Positions 9,360-18,603 of a stretch of 61,430 nt of DNA are shown piece by piece. Source of the stretch: a virus (Duplodnaviria > Caudoviricetes); the IMG/VR virus record IMGVR_UViG_3300025574_000085, positions 1-61,430 of that record; one strand, given 5' to 3'. The notes beneath the pieces are model-generated. The model ran no database searches. It was not told the DNA's origin and saw nothing but the letters and a program-made list of their open reading frames with translations. The first letter of the stretch is position 1; each line of letters opens with the position of its first letter. The position numbers and the translations under genes were made by a program.

Positions 9360-9559
9360 GAGGCACCGACGCGCCGCGGCCAGGAGTGGCACAGGACGAC
9401 CGGCCGGTCGGGCGGGTCCCCTTCTTCGAGCCAGCCGCCATAGGCCATGTGCGGCCCGGTGTGACCCTTGGCCGCCGTGCAGAAGTAGTCGCTGTCCTTG
9501 GCTCCGCATTCAGGCGTAGCCGAGTCAACATACAGAGGCCCGTTGTCCGGCCTGGTCAT
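9356..9559 (-). CDS. small Cys/His protein
   Basis: C...CTAAKGHTGPH. Confidence 0.5.
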   Translation of the reverse strand: MTRPDNGPLYVDSATPECGAKDSDYFCTAAKGHTGPHMAYGGWLEEGDPPDRPVVLCHSWPRRVGAS

Positions 9560-9859
9560 TGCGTCTTCACCTCCGCGATGTGGTCGTTGAGGTGCAGGCG
9601 CCGGTCGGTGTCGGCAGCGGCCACGGTGACGCGCAGCTCGCCAGTCCAGCCGCAGCCCTTGCGGTGGCAGTGGGCCTGGTAGAGGCGGTCGATGCTGACG
9701 TGCGGCGGGGCGGTCACGGCTGCTCGCCGATCAGGACAGTCGCCACATACGGGCCGTCTTCGCAGTCACAGCAGCCGCCGCACCGGTAGCACGCGGCGCA
9801 CAGTTCGTAGTCGGTGCACATGTGCTCGTCTGGGTAGTACTCGTCATCGCCGGGCCCGG

Positions 9860-10201
9860 TCACGGCTGCCTCACCTGCCTGCTCAGCTGGTCCCGCAGAT
9901 CTTGGACCTGCTCAGCGGTGAGCGGCTCACCGCGGCGGTATGCCTCGCACTGGGCGCGGAAGTACCGGTGGTGCCCCCGTTCGCCGAGTGTGCGGCAGGC
10001 GACGGCGAGCTGCCCGGTTTTGGCGTAGCGGGTGATGGTCTTAACACTGAGCTGGTCGCAGTCGGCGCGGGACTCCATGTACAGCTTGGTGGTTCCGCGC
10101 TGCGCGGTGCCGATGACCGCGAACGGCCTGGCCCCGCTTGAGTTGAGGTGGACGGCGAACTCGCCGTCACCGACGTTCGCGCCTGGCGTGTGGATTCGCA
10201 T
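9860..10201 (-). CDS. protein with C-terminal MerR/BldC-like (excisionase-like) HTH fragment
   Basis: VKTITRYAKTGQL...RTLGERGHHRY. Confidence 0.5.
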   Translation of the reverse strand: MRIHTPGANVGDGEFAVHLNSSGARPFAVIGTAQRGTTKLYMESRADCDQLSVKTITRYAKTGQLAVACRTLGERGHHRYFRAQCEAYRRGEPLTAEQVQDLRDQLSRQVRQP

Positions 10202-10298
10202 GGATGCTCCCTTTATGCTGGCTGGGTTGTCCCGGTGCGGATGCTCCCCGGGACCGTGAGACGCGCCGGGCCGGGCAGGTCAACGGCGCGTCTCGCGT

Positions 10299-10541
10299 TT
10301 ACGGGCTCTGTGCGACGGGCTCCCGCTCGGCCTCCCGCTCGGCCTCGACCTCTTTGCGGCCAAGGTCAGTGATCCGCCAGTGCTTGTAGCGGCGGCCGCC
10401 CTCGACGGTCCAGTACGGCTCAGCGAGGCCGCGCCGATGCAAGCTGGGCATGCGCCGTGCGGTGGACGTGGACACCAAATCGAGCCCCAGCAGCGTCAGA
10501 GCGCGGCGCTGACCCTTGGTCAGAGGGCGCAGCGAGGTCAT
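10299..10541 (-). CDS. hypothetical protein, possible wHTH
   Basis: LTKGQRRAL...LHRRGL...WRITDLG. Confidence 0.5.
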   Translation of the reverse strand: MTSLRPLTKGQRRALTLLGLDLVSTSTARRMPSLHRRGLAEPYWTVEGGRRYKHWRITDLGRKEVEAEREAEREPVAQSP

Positions 10542-10765
10542 GACGCCACACCTTCGGATGCTGGCCGGGCGGCGTCCTCGTTCTCCTTCCGGACGCGCTC
10601 GACCTCGGCCGCGTCGAAGATGTAGGCGCCGCTCTTGCCGGGCATCTTCTGCAGCGCATTGATGCGCGGCGGGTCAGCGAGGACCCAGCGGGTGAGGGTG
10701 CTGCGGTCGATGCCGAGGATGCCGCACGCCTCAGCGCTTCCGATCAAAGAGGGGGCGTCTGTCAT
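10538..10765 (-). CDS. Cro-like HTH protein
   Basis: LIGSAEACGILGIDRSTLTRWV...AYIFDAAEVER; divergent from the repressor. Confidence 0.75.
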   Translation of the reverse strand: MTDAPSLIGSAEACGILGIDRSTLTRWVLADPPRINALQKMPGKSGAYIFDAAEVERVRKENEDAARPASEGVAS

Positions 10766-10774
10766 GCGAAGAGC

Positions 10775-10788
10775 TTTGCACATTGCAC
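10775..10788. promoter_or_regulatory. putative repressor operator
   Basis: TTTGCACATTGCAC in the cro/repressor intergenic region; 13/14 inverted copy at 12237-12250. Confidence 0.5.
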
Positions 10789-10855
10789 GAGGGCCGCGCA
10801 ACCCGGCTGCGGGAAGTTATTGCAAAAGCACAGGTCTGCGTGCAATGATCGGCGC

Positions 10856-11176
10856 ATGAGTGAGGTACCCGTGGCGACCAGGATTCCCACCTGGGACACA
10901 GCCGACCGCATGAAGAAGGCGCTCCGAGAGGCTGACCTCGGAGTACAGGAGATCGCGGAATACCTTGGAGTGTCCCGCAACACCGTCAGCACATGGATCA
11001 ACGGCCGGATCGAGCCCTCGAAACAGACGCTCCGATTGTGGGCGATGAAGACCGGCGTACCCTTCGACTGGCTCACCGATGAGGCGGACCCTAGTGGCCG
11101 GGGGGGCCACCGGCGCAGGGCTGGCCCGGGGTTCAGAACATCGCGGTTCCGATCGCTCAGAACACGGGCCGCTTAG
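10856..11176 (+). CDS. immunity repressor (XRE HTH) with C-terminal AA degradation-like tag
   Basis: DRMKKAL...QEIAEYLGVSRNTVSTWINGRIEP...GVPFDWL; ends RTRAA. Confidence 0.85.
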   Translation: MSEVPVATRIPTWDTADRMKKALREADLGVQEIAEYLGVSRNTVSTWINGRIEPSKQTLRLWAMKTGVPFDWLTDEADPSGRGGHRRRAGPGFRTSRFRSLRTRAA

Positions 11177-11257
11177 CGTGATACGGACATTACGGGATGT
11201 ATCCCGCGCAAATTCTTCGCGCACATGAACTTTTGCATTGATTAAGGCATCCTTCCC

Positions 11258-12217
11258 GTGAAGGCTGCGGGCACAGACGGTGCCCCCAGAGATCAATGGG
11301 AGCGGATGTGCATGCCGTTGTTTTCCGCGCAGGAGGCCGTCGTAGTCGCCGCGCACCTGCGCCACATACACCTGATGGGCCACACCGAGGGCAGCGTGTA
11401 CTCCAGGGCCCGGGCGCTGCACCGGATGGCCATCTACCTGGCCGGGTCACTGATCGAGGCCACCGCCGCCGAGCTGCTCACCTGGCGGACGTCCCTGGCG
11501 GTCACCGATGAGACAGTCGTCCACTACGTCAGTCACGCGAGGGAGTTCTACAGCTGGTGTATCCACGAGGGCTTCAGGACCGACAATCCGGCCGAGGGCA
11601 TCCCGGTGCCGAAGATGCCCCGGCGGCTGCCGCGGCCGATCAGCGACGAGGAGCTGGCGTACGCGGTCGCCGCGGCAGATGGCCGCATCCGGCCGTGGCT
11701 GATCCTGGCCGCCTGGTGCGGGCTGAGAGCCAAGGAGATCGCCCTGCTGCGCTGGGAGTGCGTGCTGGACACCGCCGCGCCGCCGGTGCTGCTGGTGGCC
11801 GCGGACGCGACAAAGGGACGGAAGGAGCGTGCGATCCCGCTGCACGAGTTCGCCGCGTCCGAGCTGGCCGCCGTGCGCGGCCGCCGGGTGGGGTACGTGT
11901 TCGGCCGCCACGACGACCGCCCGGGCCCGAACCAGCCGCACCAGGTCTCCCATCTGGCGAACGAGCACCTGCACGCCTGCGGGTCGGCCGCGACGCTGCA
12001 CCAATTGAGGCACTGGTTCGGCACGAACACCTACCGGGCGAAGCGGGACCTGCGGGTGGTTCAGGAGCTGCTCGGCCACGTCAGCCCGGCGACCACCGCC
12101 GGGTACGCGGCGTACGACCGGAGCGAGGCGACGGAGGCGGTCAACGCCCTCCCGGTCCCGTCCGCGCTGCGCCCGGTCCCGGGGCGCAAGGATTCTGGCC
12201 CCGCGGCCTTGCCATAG
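11258..12217 (+). CDS. int: tyrosine integrase, short type with no evident arm-binding domain (start may be ~11312)
   Basis: GLRAKEI, KG, HQLRH, QELLGH and TTAGY catalytic motifs. Confidence 0.93.
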   Translation: MKAAGTDGAPRDQWERMCMPLFSAQEAVVVAAHLRHIHLMGHTEGSVYSRARALHRMAIYLAGSLIEATAAELLTWRTSLAVTDETVVHYVSHAREFYSWCIHEGFRTDNPAEGIPVPKMPRRLPRPISDEELAYAVAAADGRIRPWLILAAWCGLRAKEIALLRWECVLDTAAPPVLLVAADATKGRKERAIPLHEFAASELAAVRGRRVGYVFGRHDDRPGPNQPHQVSHLANEHLHACGSAATLHQLRHWFGTNTYRAKRDLRVVQELLGHVSPATTAGYAAYDRSEATEAVNALPVPSALRPVPGRKDSGPAALP

Positions 12218-12236
12218 CGGGCAATCGGCGTAGTCT

Positions 12237-12250
12237 GTGCATTGTGCAAA
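12237..12250. promoter_or_regulatory. second copy of putative operator
   Basis: GTGCATTGTGCAAA, reverse complement of the 10775 site with one mismatch. Confidence 0.45.
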
Positions 12251-12270
12251 GATCTGTGGAGGGGGAACGG

Positions 12271-12462
12271 ATGGACCGGGACGAGGCCCTGAAGGATCTC
12301 CGGTACCACTGGGGTTCCGCGTACGAGCTCAGCGAGGGCAGCGGAGTGTGGCGGGCCGTCCGGCTCGACAACCAGCGGGCCCTGATCGCCACCGATCCCC
12401 GGGACCTCCGGGGCCTGATCCTCGCCGACTACAGCAGCAACCCCGTGAACACCCGGGCATAA
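12271..12462 (+). CDS. small hypothetical protein
   Basis: MDRDEALKDLRYHWGSAYEL...WRAVRLD...DLRGLILADY; GGAGGGGG RBS. Confidence 0.65.
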   Translation: MDRDEALKDLRYHWGSAYELSEGSGVWRAVRLDNQRALIATDPRDLRGLILADYSSNPVNTRA

Positions 12463-12550
12463 CTGAAAAAGGCGGGCCGCGAGGGGACTCAAGATCCCCG
12501 CCGCGGCCCGGAGACCGTAGCCTCACCCCCTGAGCAAGCAGGAGGCCCAG

Positions 12551-12808
12551 ATGAACTCTAGAAGCAGCACCACCAGGCGCCGCAAGTACGCCGCCGCTAT
12601 TTTCGTGCTCGCCGTCGTGCTCATAGCGCTGTCCGGCTGCACGAAGACCGTCACCGTCACCGCGAAGTACCGCGGGATCTTCGGCTGGTACTTCGTCTGC
12701 ACCGGGACACTTCCGGGTCACTGCTACAAGGGCCACGTCTGGCGCGTTACGCAGAGCGAGTACGGCCGCGCGCGCGTCGGCCAGACCTACACGATCAGCA
12801 TTGGCTGA
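12551..12808 (+). CDS. putative lipoprotein
   Basis: Basic N-terminus, hydrophobic stretch, lipobox LSGC. Confidence 0.65.
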   Translation: MNSRSSTTRRRKYAAAIFVLAVVLIALSGCTKTVTVTAKYRGIFGWYFVCTGTLPGHCYKGHVWRVTQSEYGRARVGQTYTISIG

Positions 12809-12813
12809 CGGCG

Positions 12814-13038
12814 ATGAGCAGCGATAACGGCAGGCCCCAGCTGACGGACACCCAGCTGCGCCGCCTGGCGGCGGCCCGCGTGCTGGCGGGCGCGGAAGCC
12901 GATGACCTGTCCGCCGGGTACGAGTACGTCGATCCCCGGAACCGGACGATGGTGTATAGCTTCGCGTTCGGCATGGCGAAGGTGAGCATCACCGAGCTCC
13001 TGGAGATCATCGGCGCCCTGACTGGCGACACCCAGTGA
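12814..13038 (+). CDS. hypothetical protein
   Basis: 74 aa ORF coupled to the next gene. Confidence 0.55.
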   Translation: MSSDNGRPQLTDTQLRRLAAARVLAGAEADDLSAGYEYVDPRNRTMVYSFAFGMAKVSITELLEIIGALTGDTQ

Positions 13039-13694
13039 CGGGCGTCCTGCGCACGCCCCGGCGGGCGGCGCTAATGGTGGTGGCCGCGCTGGTGGCCGCC
13101 GCTTCGCTAACCTCGTTCGCCGAGTCTTACCGTGGCCTGTACGACTGGGCGAACGAGCATGGCCTGTCCGGGGCGTGGGCGGCGATCTGGCCGCTGCAGG
13201 TGGACGTGTTCATCGCGGTCGGTGAGCTGGCCCTGTTCGTGGCCCTGGTGGACGGCTGGGCCCGGCGGTCCCGAGCCGCCGCGTGGACGGTCATCCTCGC
13301 CGGGCTGGCTGTGTCGGTGGCGGGCAACGTCGGCCACGTCGCCGGTCATTCCCTGGCCGACCGGGTGACGGCCGCGGTCCCGCCGCTCGCCGCCGCCGCT
13401 GCGCTGGCGGTCGGCCTGGGTGTCCTGAAGCGGGTCGTCGAGCAGCATCACGCGGGCCCGCTGCCCAGGGTGGCGGCGGACGCCCAGAGTGCGGCGCTGG
13501 CCGCGCTGCGGGCCACCACGGCGGCGGGTAACCCGCTGTCCGGCAGGCAGCTGGAAACGCGGTTCGGGCTGTCCCGCGCGGACGTGTCCAGGGTGCGCGA
13601 GCTGGTCCCTGATCGTGGCCGGGACGGGGGCGGCCTACCTGCCGTCCCGGCCACACCAGCCCCGTCGATGAACGGGAACGGAGGTGCGCCGTGA
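13035..13694 (+). CDS. DUF2637-like (SpdA-like) multi-TM protein
   Basis: SFAESY..L...AIWPLQVD...SVAGNVGH...AAVPP; C-terminal HTH-like segment. Confidence 0.8.
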   Translation: MTGVLRTPRRAALMVVAALVAAASLTSFAESYRGLYDWANEHGLSGAWAAIWPLQVDVFIAVGELALFVALVDGWARRSRAAAWTVILAGLAVSVAGNVGHVAGHSLADRVTAAVPPLAAAAALAVGLGVLKRVVEQHHAGPLPRVAADAQSAALAALRATTAAGNPLSGRQLETRFGLSRADVSRVRELVPDRGRDGGGLPAVPATPAPSMNGNGGAP

Positions 13695-13854
13695 AGAGGT
13701 ACGTCATGACCGGCACCGAGGTGACCCGGTGCGTCTGCGGCGGTATCGACATGGGTGACGACAACTGGGACCTTGACGTGCGGCCTGACTGCCCGATCCA
13801 TGGCGATGAGGCCCCCGGCGATCAGCTGGCCATCGCAGACGAGGACCCCTTCTG

Positions 13855-14043
13855 ATGACCGTCTTCACTGACCCGGCCGAGGCGGGAAAGCTCATCTGCT
13901 GCCCGGCGATCTCGGTGGACGGGCTGGATTATGAACCGCCGCCGCTGAACCTGGACCTGTCCCGGTTCGTCCCGGACTATGAGGCCATGCCCCGACGGCG
14001 GTTCTGGGCCCGCGTGTGGTGGTGCCTGCGGGGCTGCCCGTGA
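13855..14043 (+). CDS. hypothetical protein
   Basis: 62 aa ORF with coupled start and stop. Confidence 0.45.
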   Translation: MTVFTDPAEAGKLICCPAISVDGLDYEPPPLNLDLSRFVPDYEAMPRRRFWARVWWCLRGCP

Positions 14044-15716
14044 CCGGCACTAACCGGCAGGAGCTGGGCATCTTCGCCTTCTTCCGGTTCCTGGGGCTGC
14101 TGTGGCGGGTCTACACCGGCTACACCGGCCACGAATGCGACCCGCGCCGTCCCGGCGGATGCGCGGCCGGGCGGCCACTGGAGCACCGGATCGCGCTCCG
14201 CTGGCATCACCTGCCGCGGCCCGCCCGGGCCGGTGTCGCCCTGGCCCTGACAGCGACCTTTTATGGCCTGCTCGTGGCTCGCACCCTCACCCTGATCGTG
14301 CTGGCCGTCACTGCCGGTGTTTGCCTTGGAGGGGCTGTCTGGCTGGTGATCCACGGCGTCCGCAACTGGCGGCACCGGCGTCACTACGTCGCCCCGCTCG
14401 AGGCGCGGCTGGCGCATGTGGTAGGCCACGCCCCGGAACATATCCAGATCGAACGGGACGGCGATGCGGTCAAGTCCGTCGAGATCACCTGGCCGGCAAC
14501 GGCAGAAATTGCGCCCGCTAACGCGCCGCTGATCCTGGAGGCCGTCACCGCCCGGCTGGCGATCGAGGCGCCGGAGCCGGACCGGTCCAACTTCAAGGGC
14601 CGGAACAGGACGGTCCGGTACGTGCAGAGCGCCCCCCCGCCGGAACGTGTCACCCTGCGTGATCTGCGGTCGGCCATCGAGGGGTCCGGGCCCGACCAGA
14701 TCGTCATGGGACTCGGCCGCCGCAGCACCGTCGTGCCCATTGACCTGCACAGCGACTCACCGCACATCGCGCTGTCGATCGGCAGCGGCGGCGGCAAGAG
14801 CATCGCGGCCAGGGGGATGGCCGTCCAGGTGCTCCGCAAGGGCGGCCTGGTGGTCGTGCTGAACGCTAAGAAGTCCTCTTACAACTGGACCCGGGGGCTG
14901 CCGAACGTCTGTCACTGCAAGACGGTCGATGAGATCGCGGCGATGCTGATCTGGCTGAACACCGAACGGAAGCGCCGCGAGGACGTGGCCGAGCAATCCG
15001 GCGACATCGAGGACGTGGTGCATGCCCGGGTTGGCCCGCGCATCCTGATCGTCTTCGAGGAGCAGAACCTCACCGTCCCGAAGATCAAGGCCACCGACCC
15101 GGAGGCGTACGAGGCACTCGGTGACATGAACTTCGCCGGCCGGGCGGCCTTCATGAACATGGTGGCGATTGCGCAGCGTTACAGCGCGAAGGCCGCGGGC
15201 GGCGGCGATGTCCGGGCGACGGTGAACGCGCGCATCCTCGGCCGCTACGAGAAGTCAGCATGGAAGATGCTCGCCGAGCAGTTCCCGATGCCCGCGCCGA
15301 GCAACACCCCGGGCCGGGTGCAGGTGGTCACCGACCGTGTGGCCGAAGCCCAGATGCCGTACACGGGCGGCCAGGAAGCCCACGACTTCGCGCTGTCCGG
15401 GGAGGTGGCCCTGTGCCCGGGGGATATGCCCGCCCGGTGCGCGATCGGTGCCGCTGTCCCAGTGGGACAACTCGTAAATACCGGCCCTGAGCAGCCACTG
15501 TCCCAGGGACAGGATCCGGTTCCGGCCCTTTCGCCGCCTCAGCTGATCGGGCTGTCCGAGGCGGTCAGTGAGGGCGTCGTGAGCCTCAGCCTGGCCGCTG
15601 TCCGCAAGCGCCGCCAGCGCGACCCTGGCTCATTCCCGGCGCAGCGCGGCCAGCGTGGCACCGAGGCGCTCTTCGCCGAGACCGAACTCATCGAATGGGA
15701 GGAGAGCAGGAGATGA
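14040..15716 (+). CDS. FtsK/SpoIIIE-like TraB DNA translocase
   Basis: N-terminal TMs; DSPHIALSIGSGGGKS (Walker A); ILIVFEE (Walker B); AQR; PGR; C-terminal HTH-like region. Confidence 0.8.
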   Translation: MTGTNRQELGIFAFFRFLGLLWRVYTGYTGHECDPRRPGGCAAGRPLEHRIALRWHHLPRPARAGVALALTATFYGLLVARTLTLIVLAVTAGVCLGGAVWLVIHGVRNWRHRRHYVAPLEARLAHVVGHAPEHIQIERDGDAVKSVEITWPATAEIAPANAPLILEAVTARLAIEAPEPDRSNFKGRNRTVRYVQSAPPPERVTLRDLRSAIEGSGPDQIVMGLGRRSTVVPIDLHSDSPHIALSIGSGGGKSIAARGMAVQVLRKGGLVVVLNAKKSSYNWTRGLPNVCHCKTVDEIAAMLIWLNTERKRREDVAEQSGDIEDVVHARVGPRILIVFEEQNLTVPKIKATDPEAYEALGDMNFAGRAAFMNMVAIAQRYSAKAAGGGDVRATVNARILGRYEKSAWKMLAEQFPMPAPSNTPGRVQVVTDRVAEAQMPYTGGQEAHDFALSGEVALCPGDMPARCAIGAAVPVGQLVNTGPEQPLSQGQDPVPALSPPQLIGLSEAVSEGVVSLSLAAVRKRRQRDPGSFPAQRGQRGTEALFAETELIEWEESRR

Positions 15717-16489
15717 CGACAGACAGTGACCAGCACACGGAGGCATCCCCGGCGTGCGCGGCCTGGCTGGACGCTCACCCAGAGTGGGTGGCGATACCGG
15801 GTGCCCGGTATTACGAGGCCAGCCACCGGGGGAACGGCATCCGCTCCCTCGACCGCACCGTCGGCGGGCGGCAGCTGAAGGGGAAGGTGCTAAGCACCCC
15901 TCCCGGCAGCAGCGGATACCCCAAATGCAAGATCACCCGCGACGACGGGACCATCATCACCGGCTACGTGCACGCCTTCGTGCTGGCCGCTCACGCCGGG
16001 CCGTGCCCAGACGGCCTGGAGACGCTGCACGGCAAGGGCGGCCCGCTGGACAGCCGCTACTGCGGCTGCCCAGCCGCCGAGTGCACCGAGGGGAACCTTC
16101 GCTACGGCACGCACGTGGTGAACGTCGGCGAGACGATCGCCGCGGGCAACGCCAGGCGCCCCGCCACGCACCCGTGCGTCAACAATGAGCGGTGCGGCGG
16201 GATGGTCGTCAACCCCGGCCGCCGCTGCCTCCCGTGCGCGATGGAGGTCGGCCGGGAGGCAGCCGCGATGCTCAGCGCGGGCCTCGTCCTGGAGGAGGTG
16301 ACGCAGCGGCTTGGCTACCAGAGCCGCCCATGGGTGGAGAAGCTGGCCCGCGACCACGGCGGGTTCGCGGGCCCGCTGCCGCAGCCGTGGCCACGGCAGC
16401 CGAGGACGCACCACCGCCAGCCGTGGCCGCAGCGCGTGATGGCTACACTCCGCTACCGGCTCAAGATCAAAAAGGGTGACGCAAAGTGA
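15713..16489 (+). CDS. NUMOD4-HNH homing endonuclease-like protein
   Basis: WVAIPG..YEAS...IRSLDR; VHAFVLAAHAGPCPDGLETLH...NLRYGT..N. Confidence 0.75.
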   Translation: MTTDSDQHTEASPACAAWLDAHPEWVAIPGARYYEASHRGNGIRSLDRTVGGRQLKGKVLSTPPGSSGYPKCKITRDDGTIITGYVHAFVLAAHAGPCPDGLETLHGKGGPLDSRYCGCPAAECTEGNLRYGTHVVNVGETIAAGNARRPATHPCVNNERCGGMVVNPGRRCLPCAMEVGREAAAMLSAGLVLEEVTQRLGYQSRPWVEKLARDHGGFAGPLPQPWPRQPRTHHRQPWPQRVMATLRYRLKIKKGDAK

Positions 16490-16738
16490 CGCCCGAGAAT
16501 TGGCTACACTCCGCTACCGTCACGCACCGTGACAACAGCGCGAGGGGCACGCGCCCAGAGCTCCGGCCGGCTTCGCCGGCTCGTGCCCCTCGCCATTTGA
16601 CCTGCGACAATGTGACTATCTGCGACATTCCTGGGACAACGCTCCGTGACCGCCTCTCCGGTGGTCACTCGCCGTGGTGTTCACTCAGGGTCACAAATCG
16701 CGGCCCGAGCAACCGTCACTCTGGGTGCATGCCGTGAC
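16440..16738. repeat. GTGAC/GTCAC-rich tract with a 19-bp direct repeat
   Basis: TGGCTACACTCCGCTACCG at 16440 and 16501; about 10 GTGAC/GTCAC copies in 16476-16738. Confidence 0.5.
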
Positions 16739-17000
16739 GTGGCTCCTCGCCGTCGCGGCCGCGGTCATCGTGGCGTGGCTGCTGGCCTGGACCCGGTTCT
16801 TCCCGTACCGCCCGTGCTGGGCGTGTCGCGGGCGGAAGGGCCGGGGCCTGGGCTCGACGGCGAAGGCGTACAGCCGGTGCCGCCGCTGCGCCGGGTCCGG
16901 TGAGCGGGTCCGGCCGCTGAGCCGGATCTGGCCGAGGCACAACGCGGAAGCCAAACGCAGGCGCGCGGAAATCAAGCGCGGCCGCGAGGAGAGGAGGTGA
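16734..17000 (+). CDS. TM + CxxCxGxG Zn-finger protein
   Basis: PYRPCWACRG..G...CRRCAGSG.R.R, resembling AICE/plasmid small genes. Confidence 0.65.
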   Translation: MTWLLAVAAAVIVAWLLAWTRFFPYRPCWACRGRKGRGLGSTAKAYSRCRRCAGSGERVRPLSRIWPRHNAEAKRRRAEIKRGREERR

Positions 17001-17148
17001 AACACGATGGGCAAGGCAAAGGATGCGGCACAGAAGGCCAAGGATGAGATCAAGTTCCGGGCCGAATCACCGAAGAGCAAGGACTTCGGCAAGTCCAAGG
17101 CTGACTGGAAGGCCAGCAAGGACGCAGCCAAGAAGGGCAAGTGACCTG

Positions 17149-17562
17149 ATGAGCAGATGTCCCGGCCTGCATTGTGACGGATGCGGCCGCGGCGGCGGTG
17201 TCCTCGCGGCCCTGGCCGCTACCGTCGCCGCGGGTGCCGTGGTGGCGGAGTTCCTGGTGGACCTGCTGATCGCGGCGGGCACGGTGGTCGGCCTGGCGCT
17301 GACGGTGGCGGTGGTGGTCCTGACGCGGATGAAGCGCCAGGGTCAGCTGTCGCTTCACCCGGATGGCCTGTGGCAGCCGGGCGCGGTCCGGCCGGTGTCA
17401 TCGCCTGCCCCCGTCACCGGCCGGCCCGCTCGGGCGCTCCCAGCGCCGCAGGAGCTTCACGTCCACATCTACGGCACGCCGACGCGGGAGCAGCTCGCCG
17501 GGCTGGCCGCGATTCAGCAAGCCAGGCCCAGCGCCTGGCGTGAGGGAGAAGATCATGACTGA
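17149..17562 (+). CDS. membrane protein
   Basis: Two TMs, Pro-rich tail, ELHVHIYG. Confidence 0.6.
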   Translation: MSRCPGLHCDGCGRGGGVLAALAATVAAGAVVAEFLVDLLIAAGTVVGLALTVAVVVLTRMKRQGQLSLHPDGLWQPGAVRPVSSPAPVTGRPARALPAPQELHVHIYGTPTREQLAGLAAIQQARPSAWREGEDHD

Positions 17563-18151
17563 TACCCAGAGTGACCAGGGCCGGACTGCATCTTCCGGTG
17601 CGCTGATCGGCGCGGTCATCGTCACGTTCGGCCTGGGGATGGCCGACCTGCACATGCCGGCCTGGTGCGGCTTCGCCTTAAATTGGTCCGTCATCCTCGG
17701 CGCCTGCTACGTCACCACGGTCTATAAGCGCCGCTGGTATGGCTGGCTGGTGTTCTGGGGCCTGGCGGTCACCTGCCTGATCGCGGCCATCCTGGGCCTG
17801 ATGGGCGTGGTTAGCGGCAATAGGCCCAACGGGGCCGGGCTGGTGATCGGCGCGGCGATCGTCGGCGCCTATTACTGGCTGCTCTGTATCCCGCGGCGGC
17901 AGGCGGGCGCACCGGCCCCCCGCAGCGAGGTGCACGTCTTCCATCACGTCGTGCACCATGGCCAGTCGTCCGGCCCGGCGGTAGTGACGGCTGCCGCCGC
18001 CCGCGCCCAGTTCCCCGGTCCTGTACAGAAGGTCATCGGCGGCAGGGTGGCGCAGGTCATCACCGCGCCGCACCGCAAGATCAGCGCCCTGACCACCGGC
18101 CGGGAAGAGGCCTCCGTAGTTGCCAGACGTCAATCAGGCGAGGGGAGGTGA
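17555..18151 (+). CDS. multi-TM membrane protein
   Basis: Four hydrophobic segments; VHVFHH. Confidence 0.6.
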   Translation: MTDTQSDQGRTASSGALIGAVIVTFGLGMADLHMPAWCGFALNWSVILGACYVTTVYKRRWYGWLVFWGLAVTCLIAAILGLMGVVSGNRPNGAGLVIGAAIVGAYYWLLCIPRRQAGAPAPRSEVHVFHHVVHHGQSSGPAVVTAAAARAQFPGPVQKVIGGRVAQVITAPHRKISALTTGREEASVVARRQSGEGR

Positions 18152-18603
18152 ACGCGATGGGCAAGTGGATCAAGAGCACGCTTAGCTTCGCGAACGGCAA
18201 TTGCGCCGAGGTCACGGACCTGCCGGACGGCACGGTCGGTGTCCGTAACAGCCGGTTCCCGGACGGCCCGGTGCTGTCGTTCACCCCGGCCGAGTGGCAG
18301 GCGTTCCTAGGCGGGGCGCGGGCCGGGGAGTTCGACCGGTTCGGCGCGACCCCTGCGGTCGTCTCGGTGCGCAGGCTGTACGTCTATTGCTCGCTCCCGG
18401 CCGGCGGCGCGGATGGCGCCTGCTGGCTGCCCGCGGACAGCGCTGTTCTCATGGAGAACGGCGAGTACGAGTGGCGCTGCGGTGCGCACGAGGGCCTGCG
18501 GCGGCCGGGGGAGAAAAAAGGACCGGTCTGCGCGGAAGTTCCGGCGGCTGCTATGAAGAGCAGCCCGGCGCCCCGTGGGAGGATGGCGGGATGGCAGTCG
18601 TAA
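18148..18603 (+). CDS. DUF397 domain protein with C-terminal extension
   Basis: WIKSTLS..NGNCAEV...VGVRNS..PDGPVLSFTPAEWQAFL. Confidence 0.85.
   Translation: MNAMGKWIKSTLSFANGNCAEVTDLPDGTVGVRNSRFPDGPVLSFTPAEWQAFLGGARAGEFDRFGATPAVVSVRRLYVYCSLPAGGADGACWLPADSAVLMENGEYEWRCGAHEGLRRPGEKKGPVCAEVPAAAMKSSPAPRGRMAGWQS

Noticed and set aside
11080-11260. tRNA or tRNA-derived attP core
   Set aside because: No T-loop or acceptor-stem pattern recognisable; no tRNA genes seen in the window
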